In this document: positions 46,017 through 54,543 of the stretch, one piece after another
Layout: each line of letters begins with the position of its first letter
Numbering within the stretch: position 1 is the stretch's first letter
IMG/VR virus record: IMGVR_UViG_3300045988_103765
Source: a virus
Reading direction: 5' to 3' (one strand)
DNA length: 64,000 nucleotides
Program-made: the position numbers and the translations under genes
The notes under the pieces: model-generated
Databases searched by the model: none
What the model was told of the DNA's origin: nothing
What the model saw: only the letters and a program-made list of their open reading frames with translations

Positions 46017-46275
46017 AACTATTTTTTTTCATTATTTCCAAAATCTTATCTCTAAACCCACTTCCAGCTTTTTCTAAAGTAGCACGGAACTTAACCATAT
46101 CCTCCTCGGTAGGGGAAAGTAAATAGTCCTCCTTGAAATCGGATTTCTCAATGATTTGTATTCCATCAGCCTCTATATCTATCAAGCAAACTCTATCATC
46201 CGTGAAAAAGCCTACATAGGACAAGTCTTTGGTTATAAACAGACCCCATCCATCAAACAGTTTTCTTTCCATCAT
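46000..46275 (-). CDS. Hypothetical protein (91 aa)
   Basis: Packed ORF. Its start overlaps the upstream stop (ATGA). Confidence 0.5.
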   Translation of the reverse strand: MMERKLFDGWGLFITKDLSYVGFFTDDRVCLIDIEADGIQIIEKSDFKEDYLLSPTEEDMVKFRATLEKAGSGFRDKILEIMKKNSYEFEF

Positions 46276-46760
46276 CCAAACATCATTTTAACCAACAATC
46301 CAGAATAAGCACTCGCAAACAACGCCATTTCCAGCCAGAACAGCCACTTCTTCTTGAACAGCATGACAATGCCGGACACAAAGAAGAAAGTGGAAGGGAT
46401 ATACCACATGCCAGAGAACAGCAGCCACAAGGTAGTGCCCAATCCGGCTACTATAGTTCCACCGAAGTGAACCTTTCTCTGAAACTCCTCCTTGAACAAA
46501 GGGGCTGTACCGACAAACATCAGACCGCCACAAGCCAAGAAAGAGAGAAACTGAACACTGTCAGAGGACAATTCAAGCCATACGGGAACAAGAAGCATAG
46601 GACAGAGAACCATAGCAAGCTGAAACAGCCAAGAAGGACGGTGCTTCTCCTTCAAAATGTAGTAGGTATCTGAAAGCGATGCAGGCAGTCCGCATACCTT
46701 CAAAGCATAACCAATGTATGCAACAAGTGTTAATAAAGATAACAGATATAAATATGTCAT
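46272..46760 (-). CDS. Integral membrane protein (162 aa, ~5 TM)
   Basis: Hydrophobic segments run throughout the protein (LYLLSLLTLVAYIGYAL, LFQLAMVLCPMLLVPVWL and others). Confidence 0.55.
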   Translation of the reverse strand: MTYLYLLSLLTLVAYIGYALKVCGLPASLSDTYYILKEKHRPSWLFQLAMVLCPMLLVPVWLELSSDSVQFLSFLACGGLMFVGTAPLFKEEFQRKVHFGGTIVAGLGTTLWLLFSGMWYIPSTFFFVSGIVMLFKKKWLFWLEMALFASAYSGLLVKMMFG

Positions 46761-46824
46761 TTGTTAACGATTTTAATATTATCTCAATGCAAATATAGGA
46801 AAAATTTCTCTAAAATGTAAACTT

Positions 46825-47247
46825 TTATTGCTGTTTTACAACATTGTGCTGCAAACTTTCACCAATATTGTCGGGATTAAACTTGTGGAAAGGTACAATG
46901 AAGGGAAATTTATCCTTAGCAAAGCCATAAGTACCTATCTTCCAGTTAGCAAGAACCGAAACTGGCTCGTCACTACAGTAAAAAACATAGGAATTATCAG
47001 TTAACTCATAAGAGATGGGACACAACGTATTGTTCTCCTCGTCGTACTTGAATCCACGAGAAGCCCAATGCTCAAACGCAACATCCTCAAGAACACGATA
47101 CATTCCCTTGTCGGAATAGCAATAAGCAATTTTACCATCACCGTCCAAGTAGCTGAACACAACCGTGAAAACACCCGAAACATCAGAAAAACTTATTCTT
47201 CTCGCGGAGAAAGTCTGAAATAGAACGAATAGTACAGCAATTAGCAC
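46825..47247 (-). CDS. Hypothetical protein (up to 140 aa; start uncertain)
   Basis: The ORF overlaps the upstream gene by 65 nt. No motif recognised. Confidence 0.4.
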   Translation of the reverse strand: MLIAVLFVLFQTFSARRISFSDVSGVFTVVFSYLDGDGKIAYCYSDKGMYRVLEDVAFEHWASRGFKYDEENNTLCPISYELTDNSYVFYCSDEPVSVLANWKIGTYGFAKDKFPFIVPFHKFNPDNIGESLQHNVVKQQ

Positions 47248-47569
47248 CTATGACATAGGAATCTTCAACCCAATAAGAACGCCATTCGTCACCTTTGTTC
47301 ACAACATAAAGCTCATGATGGGATTGCTCGTCAACAAACACCCGCCTCGCCTCACAAATCACATGGTCGCAATGGTTCACAAAGATGTGGGAAGAGCCTA
47401 TCATCAAATCCGAATATTCACAAACAATATCCTTAGCATCTAAACAATGCAAGACAAGGCTATTATCCGAATCAACGCCAGATATAACGTACTTATGCCC
47501 ATTAACCGACAAGGGATAACCATTCAACCACTTGCCAGCAGCAACGTTGAAATGCTCACTACGCTTCAT
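47183..47569 (-). CDS. Hypothetical protein (128 aa), first gene of the leftward operon
   Basis: ORF 50 nt downstream of a minus-strand TACATTTG box. Confidence 0.5.
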   Translation of the reverse strand: MKRSEHFNVAAGKWLNGYPLSVNGHKYVISGVDSDNSLVLHCLDAKDIVCEYSDLMIGSSHIFVNHCDHVICEARRVFVDEQSHHELYVVNKGDEWRSYWVEDSYVIGANCCTIRSISDFLREKNKFF

Positions 47570-47618
47570 AAATAAAATCTCCTTTCATATCATTCAAGTT
47601 TTTAGTTAAACAACACCG

Positions 47619-47649
47619 CAAATGTACTAACTAAATTCTGAAATCCAAA
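47619..47649 (-). promoter_or_regulatory. Bacteroides-type promoter for the leftward operon
   Basis: On the minus strand, TACATTTG (47619..47626) and TTTG (47646..47649) are 19 nt apart. Confidence 0.55.
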
Positions 47650-48795
47650 TTATAGAAGCGAAAATTTTAATTTTATTTCGGTCGGACGATAAAATACTTA
47701 GGTCTGTGGGTAAAATACGCAAATAAACGTTGTATAAATACAAATAAGGCATACTACCAGCCAAACCAATATCCAAGATTCTAAAAAACACGATTTCGGG
47801 GGAATTAAAATCATCAGTAGGCAAATATACTACACCCACGGACAATACTTCCCGAAGTCGGAATCACGACAACGGCTGAATATCAGACACTTACAACATT
47901 TATCCCCAATACGGCAATTTACATAGCGGCTGATAATCAACTGTTTAACCACGGACTAAATTTATTTTTTTTTATTTTTTCGGAGTTAGGCTATGTGTAC
48001 CCCACCGTTCCCGGCTACGGTTTACCCCCCCCCATACCCCTATGAAGGATTCTTTGCCCGTCTTGCTTGTTTGCAGGGGCACTGAGAAACGAACGAAGCA
48101 CGGAGAAAGCATTGCATACCCGGAACAATTACGGAGGCTTAAACTGGCTGAATATTTAAACCAAACATCCGTTTACGACAAATATTGCATGCAGCTTTCG
48201 CCTTGTATGCGCGTGCGTGCGTGCTTGGGCGTGATTAATTAACTACTTAGGCTATATAATATACAATACAAATCAGATATAATTATACAATATACAATAC
48301 AGAGTATATATAATTATTATATATATAATATATATCGTGTGTGTGTATGTGCCTGCCTATGTGTGTGTGTAGTTGTCTTGCGAAGCAAGTACAACCGTGT
48401 GCGCGTAAGAAGTATATATTATTGCTCTCTCATATCTCAGCATTGATATAACGCTATATAGAGCGCACGCCCGGATGTGCGCTTGTTGTGTGGGTGCGAT
48501 TATTACGTAGCTTGCAGTGGCGGTTGTGCCTTGCACGGAAGTTCCGTTTGCATCGCCATAGCTACTTGCCTGGATGAAGGCAGGAAAGAAGGGGAGGTTA
48601 CGAAGTTCGGGAACTGGAAAAGTAGGGCTTTCTGTTTTTAGTGGCTACTTGTTTTTTGGTGTTGTTATCCTTCATTATCGGCTGTTTTATGTAAATATTT
48701 GCGTAATTACGTACTTTATATGTGAATAAGGGTTAAAATACGATAGTTGGATATATTTTTAACGTTTAATTAACATATATATCAAAATAAAGCCG

Positions 48796-48803
48796 TATCT
48801 TTG
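48796..48803 (+). promoter_or_regulatory. Bacteroides-type -7 box TATCTTTG for the rightward transcript
   Basis: Perfect TAnnTTTG about 410 nt upstream of the first rightward ATG (49212). No good -33 TTTG was seen. Confidence 0.4.
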
Positions 48804-49211
48804 TAATGTCGAAAGGGAACAAGGAGTTCAACGAAGACAAAGCGATATTTGAAAGACTTACATACTGAATAAGCGTTGACGCATGAATAGTTACACTGGA
48901 TAACATTACATGCGAGGGTAGACGCTGTGAGATATTGATATGGTATTAAGCAAGTGCAATAAACGTAATTGCAGCAAGTATTTAGGAAGTCGTTACCTAT
49001 ACACTACTTAACTATATCTAAGATAATGATATGAAGAAGGAACGGGAAATAGGATATAAGCCTATGGATATATGGCTATAATATATAGCTGTTATCTGAT
49101 AGCCATCTGATTTTCCCGTACTTCATCTGTAATGCAGCCTAAGACGGTTACAAGCCCGTGGAAATGCAGAGTACAGAAAATTGAAAATCAATCACTTAAA
49201 AATATAGAATT

Positions 49212-49346
49212 ATGAAAACTTACGATTATCTGGAGAACGTGAAAGAAGACGTTAGAAACTACATTGAAGAAAATAAAATCGTAGTAACAAGCAGCAACCG
49301 CGAAGAAGTGGACGAAATAGAAATAGAAAACGAAACGGAGGAGTAA
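49212..49346 (+). CDS. Small acidic protein (44 aa), not in the ORF track
   Basis: Encodes MKTYDYLENVKEDVRNYIEENKIVVTSSNREEVDEIEIENETEE. The stop lies 3 nt before the next ATG. Confidence 0.45.
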   Translation: MKTYDYLENVKEDVRNYIEENKIVVTSSNREEVDEIEIENETEE

Positions 49347-49349
49347 ACT

Positions 49350-49565
49350 ATGAGAACTTATACTATAGATGGATGCAACGAAATGTTTTTAACGTTGCAA
49401 GAAGCAAAGAAACATATATGGTTGGCTTATACGCCAAAGGAATGTATTAAGGAACTAACAGACACTTGTATAGTTAGCTGGAAAGATGGCGAAGTACATT
49501 CTTTAACCGCTATCAGAGTAAATAAGAACGGAAAAGTTAGTTATGGTAGAACTGTTAAATATTGA
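49350..49565 (+). CDS. Hypothetical protein (71 aa)
   Basis: Packed early-region ORF. Confidence 0.5.
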   Translation: MRTYTIDGCNEMFLTLQEAKKHIWLAYTPKECIKELTDTCIVSWKDGEVHSLTAIRVNKNGKVSYGRTVKY

Positions 49566-49599
49566 AAATGTAAAATTGGTAATTTAAAATACAAATGAT

Positions 49600-50007
49600 A
49601 TGAAAAAGTTAGAAACATCTCAAATAATCGAAAACATTTTGGCAAACAGAGTAATAACAGAGCGTGAAGTATTACTTTTGAAAAAACGGGCAAATAATGG
49701 TGATAATGAAGCTGCAAACTTTTATCCCAGTTGTGATATCGAAATAGAAGTAACAGAGGAACAAAGCGCGAAGGGGTATAAGTGGCTTATGAACTTGTAT
49801 AAGACACCCACGGGAAAGGAACGAAAAAACAATCCGTTCGGTTATCGGGAAATGAATATACTTGATAATTACAAGGGTGAACGCTTTCAGTTTGTAGGCT
49901 TCTATAATAACGGTAATAGATGGCGCGATTATTATATTCCCATATATTCTTTATGTGGTATGGAATATTACGTAAATAGCGAAGGCAGTATTCATATAAT
50001 CGGATAA
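49600..50007 (+). CDS. Hypothetical protein (135 aa)
   Basis: Packed early-region ORF. Confidence 0.5.
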   Translation: MKKLETSQIIENILANRVITEREVLLLKKRANNGDNEAANFYPSCDIEIEVTEEQSAKGYKWLMNLYKTPTGKERKNNPFGYREMNILDNYKGERFQFVGFYNNGNRWRDYYIPIYSLCGMEYYVNSEGSIHIIG

Positions 50008-50107
50008 TATGAAAAGAAAACGTATTAATAGGTATGCTCTACTTATTTGTAGGGCATATCAAAACAAAGTGTATTTTTTCAGTGTATAACTAAAATGGCA
50101 AAATAAT

Positions 50108-50995
50108 ATGAAAACGAATACATTAAAACATACAGTATCGAAAATATACATCGATAACGGTAATACTTATAAAGTAATAGCAACCATTAAATTGCATGAT
50201 GAATGTAAGAACGGTATGTGTTCATGGAGTATAACGGGCATACTCTATCAAAAGAAAGGAAACGGGCGTTTTTATAATATTGGGTATAGTTGCCTTCTTG
50301 AAGGAATATTAAAAGCTTCGCCAAAGTTAAAAATGTTTGTAGACCTTCATTTATGCGATTGGCATGGTGTGCCATTATATCCAGTTGGAAATGGGTATTA
50401 CCTTTTGCAAAAAGATAAAAAGCAAGCAAAGAAATATTTGCGCGTAACTGATGAAGAACTGGAATTTTTGGCAAAGTGTGAAGACAAAGACTATTTTAAA
50501 TACCAATTGTTTGCGCTTGGTATTGTGGAAAGATGGCAAGAAGAAAGCAGGAAAGCAATACAAGCACTGGAAGAATTAACGGGTGATGTTTGGGTTAATC
50601 CATATAAGGAAAGCGAAGAACGCCACAGACTTGTTTTAAGTGACGAAGAACGCGAAGAAATAGAGGGGAAAATATTATCTGGATATTATACGGAAAGCGC
50701 GATACAAGAACGCCAAGAAGCTAAAAGAATTGCCGAAATAGAGAAAAGAAAAAACGAAGTGATTAAAACCTTTGAAAAAAGAATAAACAAAGCAACAAAA
50801 GAAAAAGATGTAAAATTAGCTATATTAGGGGCTGGATTATTATCAGATAATTATATCTACTATGTTGAAGGTAATAATGTAGTTTTCAATTATTATAGCT
50901 ATCACGACAAAGTAACAGAAGAAGAATATAATAACATGCTTAAAAATATAGACTATTCTCTATTGCCGGAAGGAATTAAATTTGAATTCAAATAA
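50108..50995 (+). CDS. Hypothetical protein (295 aa) with charged coiled-coil centre
   Basis: ORF. No motif recognised. Confidence 0.55.
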   Translation: MKTNTLKHTVSKIYIDNGNTYKVIATIKLHDECKNGMCSWSITGILYQKKGNGRFYNIGYSCLLEGILKASPKLKMFVDLHLCDWHGVPLYPVGNGYYLLQKDKKQAKKYLRVTDEELEFLAKCEDKDYFKYQLFALGIVERWQEESRKAIQALEELTGDVWVNPYKESEERHRLVLSDEEREEIEGKILSGYYTESAIQERQEAKRIAEIEKRKNEVIKTFEKRINKATKEKDVKLAILGAGLLSDNYIYYVEGNNVVFNYYSYHDKVTEEEYNNMLKNIDYSLLPEGIKFEFK

Positions 50996-51008
50996 TAATA
51001 ATAGAACT

Positions 51009-51191
51009 ATGAGTATAACAGATTTTTATAACGGACGCTTTGTTAGCGGTAAAATATTAAAGCGTGATTATCGCATTATATGGCAACGAATTGTAATAGC
51101 TACAGCCGCTTTGTGTGGAATGTTCATTTTTATGATGGCTATTCAGTTAATGTGTTGGTTATCTAATTTGTGTAACTACGTTTTTAGGTAA
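51009..51191 (+). CDS. Small membrane protein (60 aa)
   Basis: Start moved to ATG 51009 (MSITDFYNGRF...). Transmembrane segment IVIATAALCGMFIFMMAIQLMCWL. Confidence 0.45.
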   Translation: MSITDFYNGRFVSGKILKRDYRIIWQRIVIATAALCGMFIFMMAIQLMCWLSNLCNYVFR

Positions 51192-51195
51192 TAGC

Positions 51196-51396
51196 ATGAA
51201 GTTAATAACGAAATTTAAGCCCGAACTAAAAGAGTTTATAAGCCTGCAAGGGTTGAATATCAATGATATAATGAAGGCAGTGAGAAACGGAAATCTGTTT
51301 ATTTATAAGGCAGAAACAAAGCGCGAAATATTGTATCATGGTATTACTAATTTAAAGCACCCGTATATATTATCAGAGCATAAGCTTCCATTATAA
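51196..51396 (+). CDS. Hypothetical protein (66 aa)
   Basis: Packed early-region ORF. Confidence 0.45.
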   Translation: MKLITKFKPELKEFISLQGLNINDIMKAVRNGNLFIYKAETKREILYHGITNLKHPYILSEHKLPL

Positions 51397-51419
51397 CAAA
51401 AAGTTATAACTGTTTTGGT

Positions 51420-51452
51420 AATATATATAATATATATAATATATATAATATA
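51420..51452. repeat. Tandem 9-nt AT repeat (AATATATAT x3 plus a partial copy)
   Basis: Read directly from the sequence. It shares the 17-mer ATATATATAATATATAT with 48319..48335. Confidence 0.85.
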
Positions 51453-51467
51453 ACAATAAAGTAGTGT

Positions 51468-51770
51468 ATGAAAACTTATAAAAATTTTGAAGAAGACTTT
51501 GAGAAGGCAAAAGCAAACATGGAACTTCTGGAAAACATTGTGTCTGTAGGCATTCCAAAGAAACAAGCGGTTTACTTTAATAGCATATCAGTAGATAGTA
51601 AGTACAGCATGGGACAAAGAACGTATCTATACGTAGGTGATAAATTGGTGCATTGCAATGATGAAAGAAAGTTTTATGTAGGGCACAACAAATTTATTGA
51701 AACACACGGAAAAATAGTTGTCCGCTTCAACAAAGGAGAATTTAAAAAGTATATGGCTATGTGCGAATAA
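51468..51770 (+). CDS. Hypothetical protein (100 aa)
   Basis: ORF after the AT repeat. Confidence 0.5.
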   Translation: MKTYKNFEEDFEKAKANMELLENIVSVGIPKKQAVYFNSISVDSKYSMGQRTYLYVGDKLVHCNDERKFYVGHNKFIETHGKIVVRFNKGEFKKYMAMCE

Positions 51771-51929
51771 ATGTATAAAGCCCTTATTATAGAAGCTAAC
51801 GCATCTAAATACATCAGTTTAGTCGATAATGCAAAAGAGCTTATAAAGCCTAATATCAACATTAAAATCAGCCAGTTTAACAGAAACACGGGTTTAGGCT
51901 GCATTACCATATCAAAACAATTTGTATAA
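51771..51929 (+). CDS. Small protein (52 aa), not in the ORF track
   Basis: The ATG directly abuts the previous stop (TAAATG). Encodes MYKALIIEANASKYISLVDNAKELIKPNINIKISQFNRNTGLGCITISKQFV. Confidence 0.4.
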   Translation: MYKALIIEANASKYISLVDNAKELIKPNINIKISQFNRNTGLGCITISKQFV

Positions 51930-51949
51930 CTTCTAAATATTAAAAAACT

Positions 51950-52021
51950 ATGGCATTAATAATAATTATCGGATTTATCGGCTGTTTGTTGTCTGGAGAA
52001 CTCATTAAATTAGGCAGATAA
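51950..52021 (+). CDS. Hydrophobic micropeptide (23 aa)
   Basis: Encodes MALIIIIGFIGCLLSGELIKLGR. Its stop overlaps the next ATG (TAATG). Confidence 0.35.
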   Translation: MALIIIIGFIGCLLSGELIKLGR

Positions 52022-52167
52022 TGGGAAAGTTCATGCTTCTACTATTGGTGTGGGATATTGTGGCTTTATTTGCCATCATACTACGTCCTAACTTCAAATA
52101 TAGTAGTGATGTTATCAGTTGGCTTATAGCCGGAATAGCTTTGTCTGTAATAATAATAATCAGTTAG
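52021..52167 (+). CDS. Small membrane protein (48 aa, 2 TM)
   Basis: Encodes MGKFMLLLLVWDIVALFAIILRPNFKYSSDVISWLIAGIALSVIIIIS. Confidence 0.4.
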   Translation: MGKFMLLLLVWDIVALFAIILRPNFKYSSDVISWLIAGIALSVIIIIS

Positions 52168-52174
52168 TAATAAG

Positions 52175-52774
52175 ATGGATAATAGCAATAATGAGATATG
52201 GAAAGATATTATTGGATTTGAGCAATATTATCAAGTAAGCAATTTAGGTCGTGTTAGAAGCAAAGATAGAATTGTCATAACTCCTAAAACTTCTTATTTT
52301 AAAAAAGGAAGAATATTAATTCCTTCTTTAGATGGCAAAGGAAATTATTTATTTGTAGGTCTACATGTTAACAATAAAGTTAAACTTATCTATATTCATA
52401 GATTGGTTGCTCAGAATTTTATACCAAATCCTCACAACTATAAGCAAGTTAACCATATCAATGAAAATAAAAAAGATAATAGGGCAGATAATTTAGAATG
52501 GTGTACAGCTGAATATAATATGAACTATGGTACAGCCATGCAAAGGGCGAAAGAAACCTATGCTTCACATTATGATAGGAGTGCTATTGCTAAAAATAAT
52601 GCTATTAAAAAGAAAGTTATACAATATACACTTGATGGCAAGTATATTAAAGAATGGGATTCTTTAACAGATATACAAAATGAATTAGGCTTTTGCAGAA
52701 GCAATATCTCAAAATGTTGTGAAGGGAAGTATAAACAAGCTAATAACTTTATATGGAAATTTAAAAAAGATTGA
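52175..52774 (+). CDS. HNH homing endonuclease (NUMOD4 + HNH + IENR1-like)
   Basis: 199 aa. EIWKDIIGFEQYYQVSNLGRVRS is a NUMOD4 motif. HRLVAQNFIPNPHNYKQVNHINENKKDNRADNLEW is an HNH motif. The C-terminus has a helix-turn-helix, WDSLTDIQNELGFCRSNISKCCEGK. Confidence 0.8.
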   Translation: MDNSNNEIWKDIIGFEQYYQVSNLGRVRSKDRIVITPKTSYFKKGRILIPSLDGKGNYLFVGLHVNNKVKLIYIHRLVAQNFIPNPHNYKQVNHINENKKDNRADNLEWCTAEYNMNYGTAMQRAKETYASHYDRSAIAKNNAIKKKVIQYTLDGKYIKEWDSLTDIQNELGFCRSNISKCCEGKYKQANNFIWKFKKD

Positions 52775-52776
52775 TT

Positions 52777-53595
52777 ATGAAAAAGTTTGTATCATGGAGA
52801 AGGGTTTCTACCATATATCAAAAGAAAACCGGGTTGGGTCTTGAATCACAAAAAAATATAATAAATCATTTTGTTCAAATAGAAAACGGAACTTTAATAG
52901 CTGACTTTTGCGAAGTATATACGGGTAAGGACCTAAATGAATGCACTGAATTAAGGAAGGCAATATCTTTTGCAAAAGAAAATAATGCAATATTAATAAT
53001 AGCTAAAACTGACCGATTTAGAAATACGGTTGAAGCATTACAAATATATGACGAAATGGGAGAAGGAAATATTTATTTTTGTGATATTCCACATACAGAC
53101 AAATTTACCCTTACCTTATTTTTCGCTTTGGCAGAAAGGGAAGCTTTATTAGTATCTATAAGAACAAAGGCAGCTTTAGCGGTGAATAAAGCAAAAGGCA
53201 TACTATCTGGACGTGCTAATAGTAATTATCAAATTAAAGATGAAACAAAAGAAAAAGCTATTCTCAAAGGGGCTATTACAAAAAATAAAGCTACGATTGA
53301 AAGTGAAGAATTTTCTTGTTTCTGTAGAATACTACGAAAAGTGATACCTATACTGAATGAAAATTCTACGGATGAAGAACTATTCTTCTTAAACTGGACT
53401 AAATACCGTACAAGTTTTGTCCTTACTAAAGATTACAAAGCGGAAATAAAGGAACTCATGCAGGAAGCTAATAGGAACAACAGCAAACTGTTTATCGGAG
53501 TTGACTTCACGAATGCTAATTTTTATCAGTATATTAGTAGCCGCGTACAAGCTACGTTCAATTCAATTTCTAAATACAAAGAATATAACTTATGA
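52777..53595 (+). CDS. Small serine recombinase (resolvase/invertase family catalytic domain)
   Basis: Start at ATG 52777. WRRVSTIYQ carries the catalytic Ser (YxRVSTxxQ pattern). Also contains ILIIAKTDRFRNT (DRxxR) and ALAEREALLVSIRTKAAL (E-helix). The C-terminal ~110 aa match no helix-turn-helix I can recognise. Confidence 0.7.
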   Translation: MKKFVSWRRVSTIYQKKTGLGLESQKNIINHFVQIENGTLIADFCEVYTGKDLNECTELRKAISFAKENNAILIIAKTDRFRNTVEALQIYDEMGEGNIYFCDIPHTDKFTLTLFFALAEREALLVSIRTKAALAVNKAKGILSGRANSNYQIKDETKEKAILKGAITKNKATIESEEFSCFCRILRKVIPILNENSTDEELFFLNWTKYRTSFVLTKDYKAEIKELMQEANRNNSKLFIGVDFTNANFYQYISSRVQATFNSISKYKEYNL

Positions 53596-54146
53596 AGATA
53601 CTTCAAATAGCCCTAATAACTAAAAAGGGCAACGTCTTTAATGTAAAGATGCAGATTGACGAAGTTGTGTATGAGAGTAAAGAAGAAGTAAGGGAAAAAC
53701 TACTTTCTGTATTTGCAAATAGGAAGGATGCTATAGTAGACGTTGTAATCCATTCCATGCAAGACGAATTAGGGCTTTCCGACTACTCCAATGAACAACT
53801 TAAGGCTGAACTGAAAAGAAGAGTAAATATCGCGCGTATGAAAGCGATTAGAGAGAAGCCCAAGTATTATTATTGGGAAGGAATTGTAGTTGATATTCTG
53901 AGGCGATATAATAGGTTTGCCAAGTGGAAGTTTAAAATAGATTCCGAAGAGTTGGCGGCAAGTGAAAATTTTTCGTATTTGAATAAATGGCACGCCTTTG
54001 AGATGATAAGTGGTGCTTTCAATATGACAACTGCACTAAAGGTTGGGGATAGGGTCAAATTAAGATATCGTGTAGTAAAAAGCCATTTCCGCTCCTATAG
54101 AGATTCTAAAATCGTATCAGTAATAGAACGGGCTGACTTGTCATAA
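53592..54146 (+). CDS. Hypothetical protein (184 aa)
   Basis: Its start overlaps the recombinase stop (ATGA). No motif recognised. Confidence 0.5.
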   Translation: MKILQIALITKKGNVFNVKMQIDEVVYESKEEVREKLLSVFANRKDAIVDVVIHSMQDELGLSDYSNEQLKAELKRRVNIARMKAIREKPKYYYWEGIVVDILRRYNRFAKWKFKIDSEELAASENFSYLNKWHAFEMISGAFNMTTALKVGDRVKLRYRVVKSHFRSYRDSKIVSVIERADLS

Positions 54147-54183
54147 TAGCAGGCAGTGACTTGTAAACTAAAACTATAAAGAG

Positions 54184-54486
54184 ATGAAAGCAATATTAAT
54201 AGCAACCAAAGAAACAATTGACGTAATAAAGGCTGGGGAATATACCAACATTTACGTAACAGAGGACGGGAAACAGTCGTTCTTAGGTGATGAACTTATT
54301 CTTCTTGATGAAGTGAAGAGAGAAGCAAAGGGGCGTGATTGGGAAGAGGTTCGGATAAATGCTGCAATAGCAACAATGCAAACACTTTTAAATAATCCAC
54401 AATATGAGAACAAATCAATAATAGCCATAGCTGACATGAGCGTAAGTATGGGTGATGTATTGATTAAAAAGCTGAAAGGAGAATAA
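54184..54486 (+). CDS. Hypothetical protein (100 aa)
   Basis: Early-region ORF. Confidence 0.5.
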   Translation: MKAILIATKETIDVIKAGEYTNIYVTEDGKQSFLGDELILLDEVKREAKGRDWEEVRINAAIATMQTLLNNPQYENKSIIAIADMSVSMGDVLIKKLKGE

Positions 54487-54543
54487 TATGGGATGTGATT
54501 GTTGCCCGGATTGTGTAGAACAAAAATAACAAATAGAATAGTT

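Larger units (their letters stand above)
47570..49211. other. 1.64-kb non-coding strand-switch region (candidate replication origin / early control region)
   Basis: Lies between the divergent leftward and rightward operons. Contains T9 (47965..47973), C9 (48025..48033), (GCGT)3, (GT)n tracts (48336..48372), TACAATA repeats, an AT-only block (48300..48335) and several GC-rich palindromes. Confidence 0.5.

Noticed and set aside
48042-48242. 66-aa ORF in the strand-switch region
   Set aside because: It lies in repeat-rich DNA of patchy GC content, running from just after the C9 run through the (GCGT)3 repeat. Its translation is odd and Arg/Cys-rich. It has no promoter or coupling to neighbours. 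It is more likely non-coding.
48240-48372. Possible CRISPR-like or minisatellite array (TACAATA, AT and GT repeats); also the 9-mer repeat at 51420..51452
   Set aside because: The repeats are short, low-complexity and contiguous, with no unique spacers of regular length. There are no cas genes in the window.
48530-48625. AAGTTC-containing palindromes (CGGAAGTTCCG, AGTTCGGGAACT) as additional sites for the same recombinase as the AGTTCT-n3-AG(A/T)ACT cores
   Set aside because: The shared element is only 5-6 nt and the spacing differs (1-2 nt versus 3 nt). This is within chance for a 64-kb window.
52777-53595. Serine recombinase as an integrase marking prophage ends
   Set aside because: It is a small (272-aa) resolvase/invertase-type protein, not a large serine integrase. 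No att-like repeats or flanking bacterial genes are visible in the window. Integration status therefore cannot be inferred.
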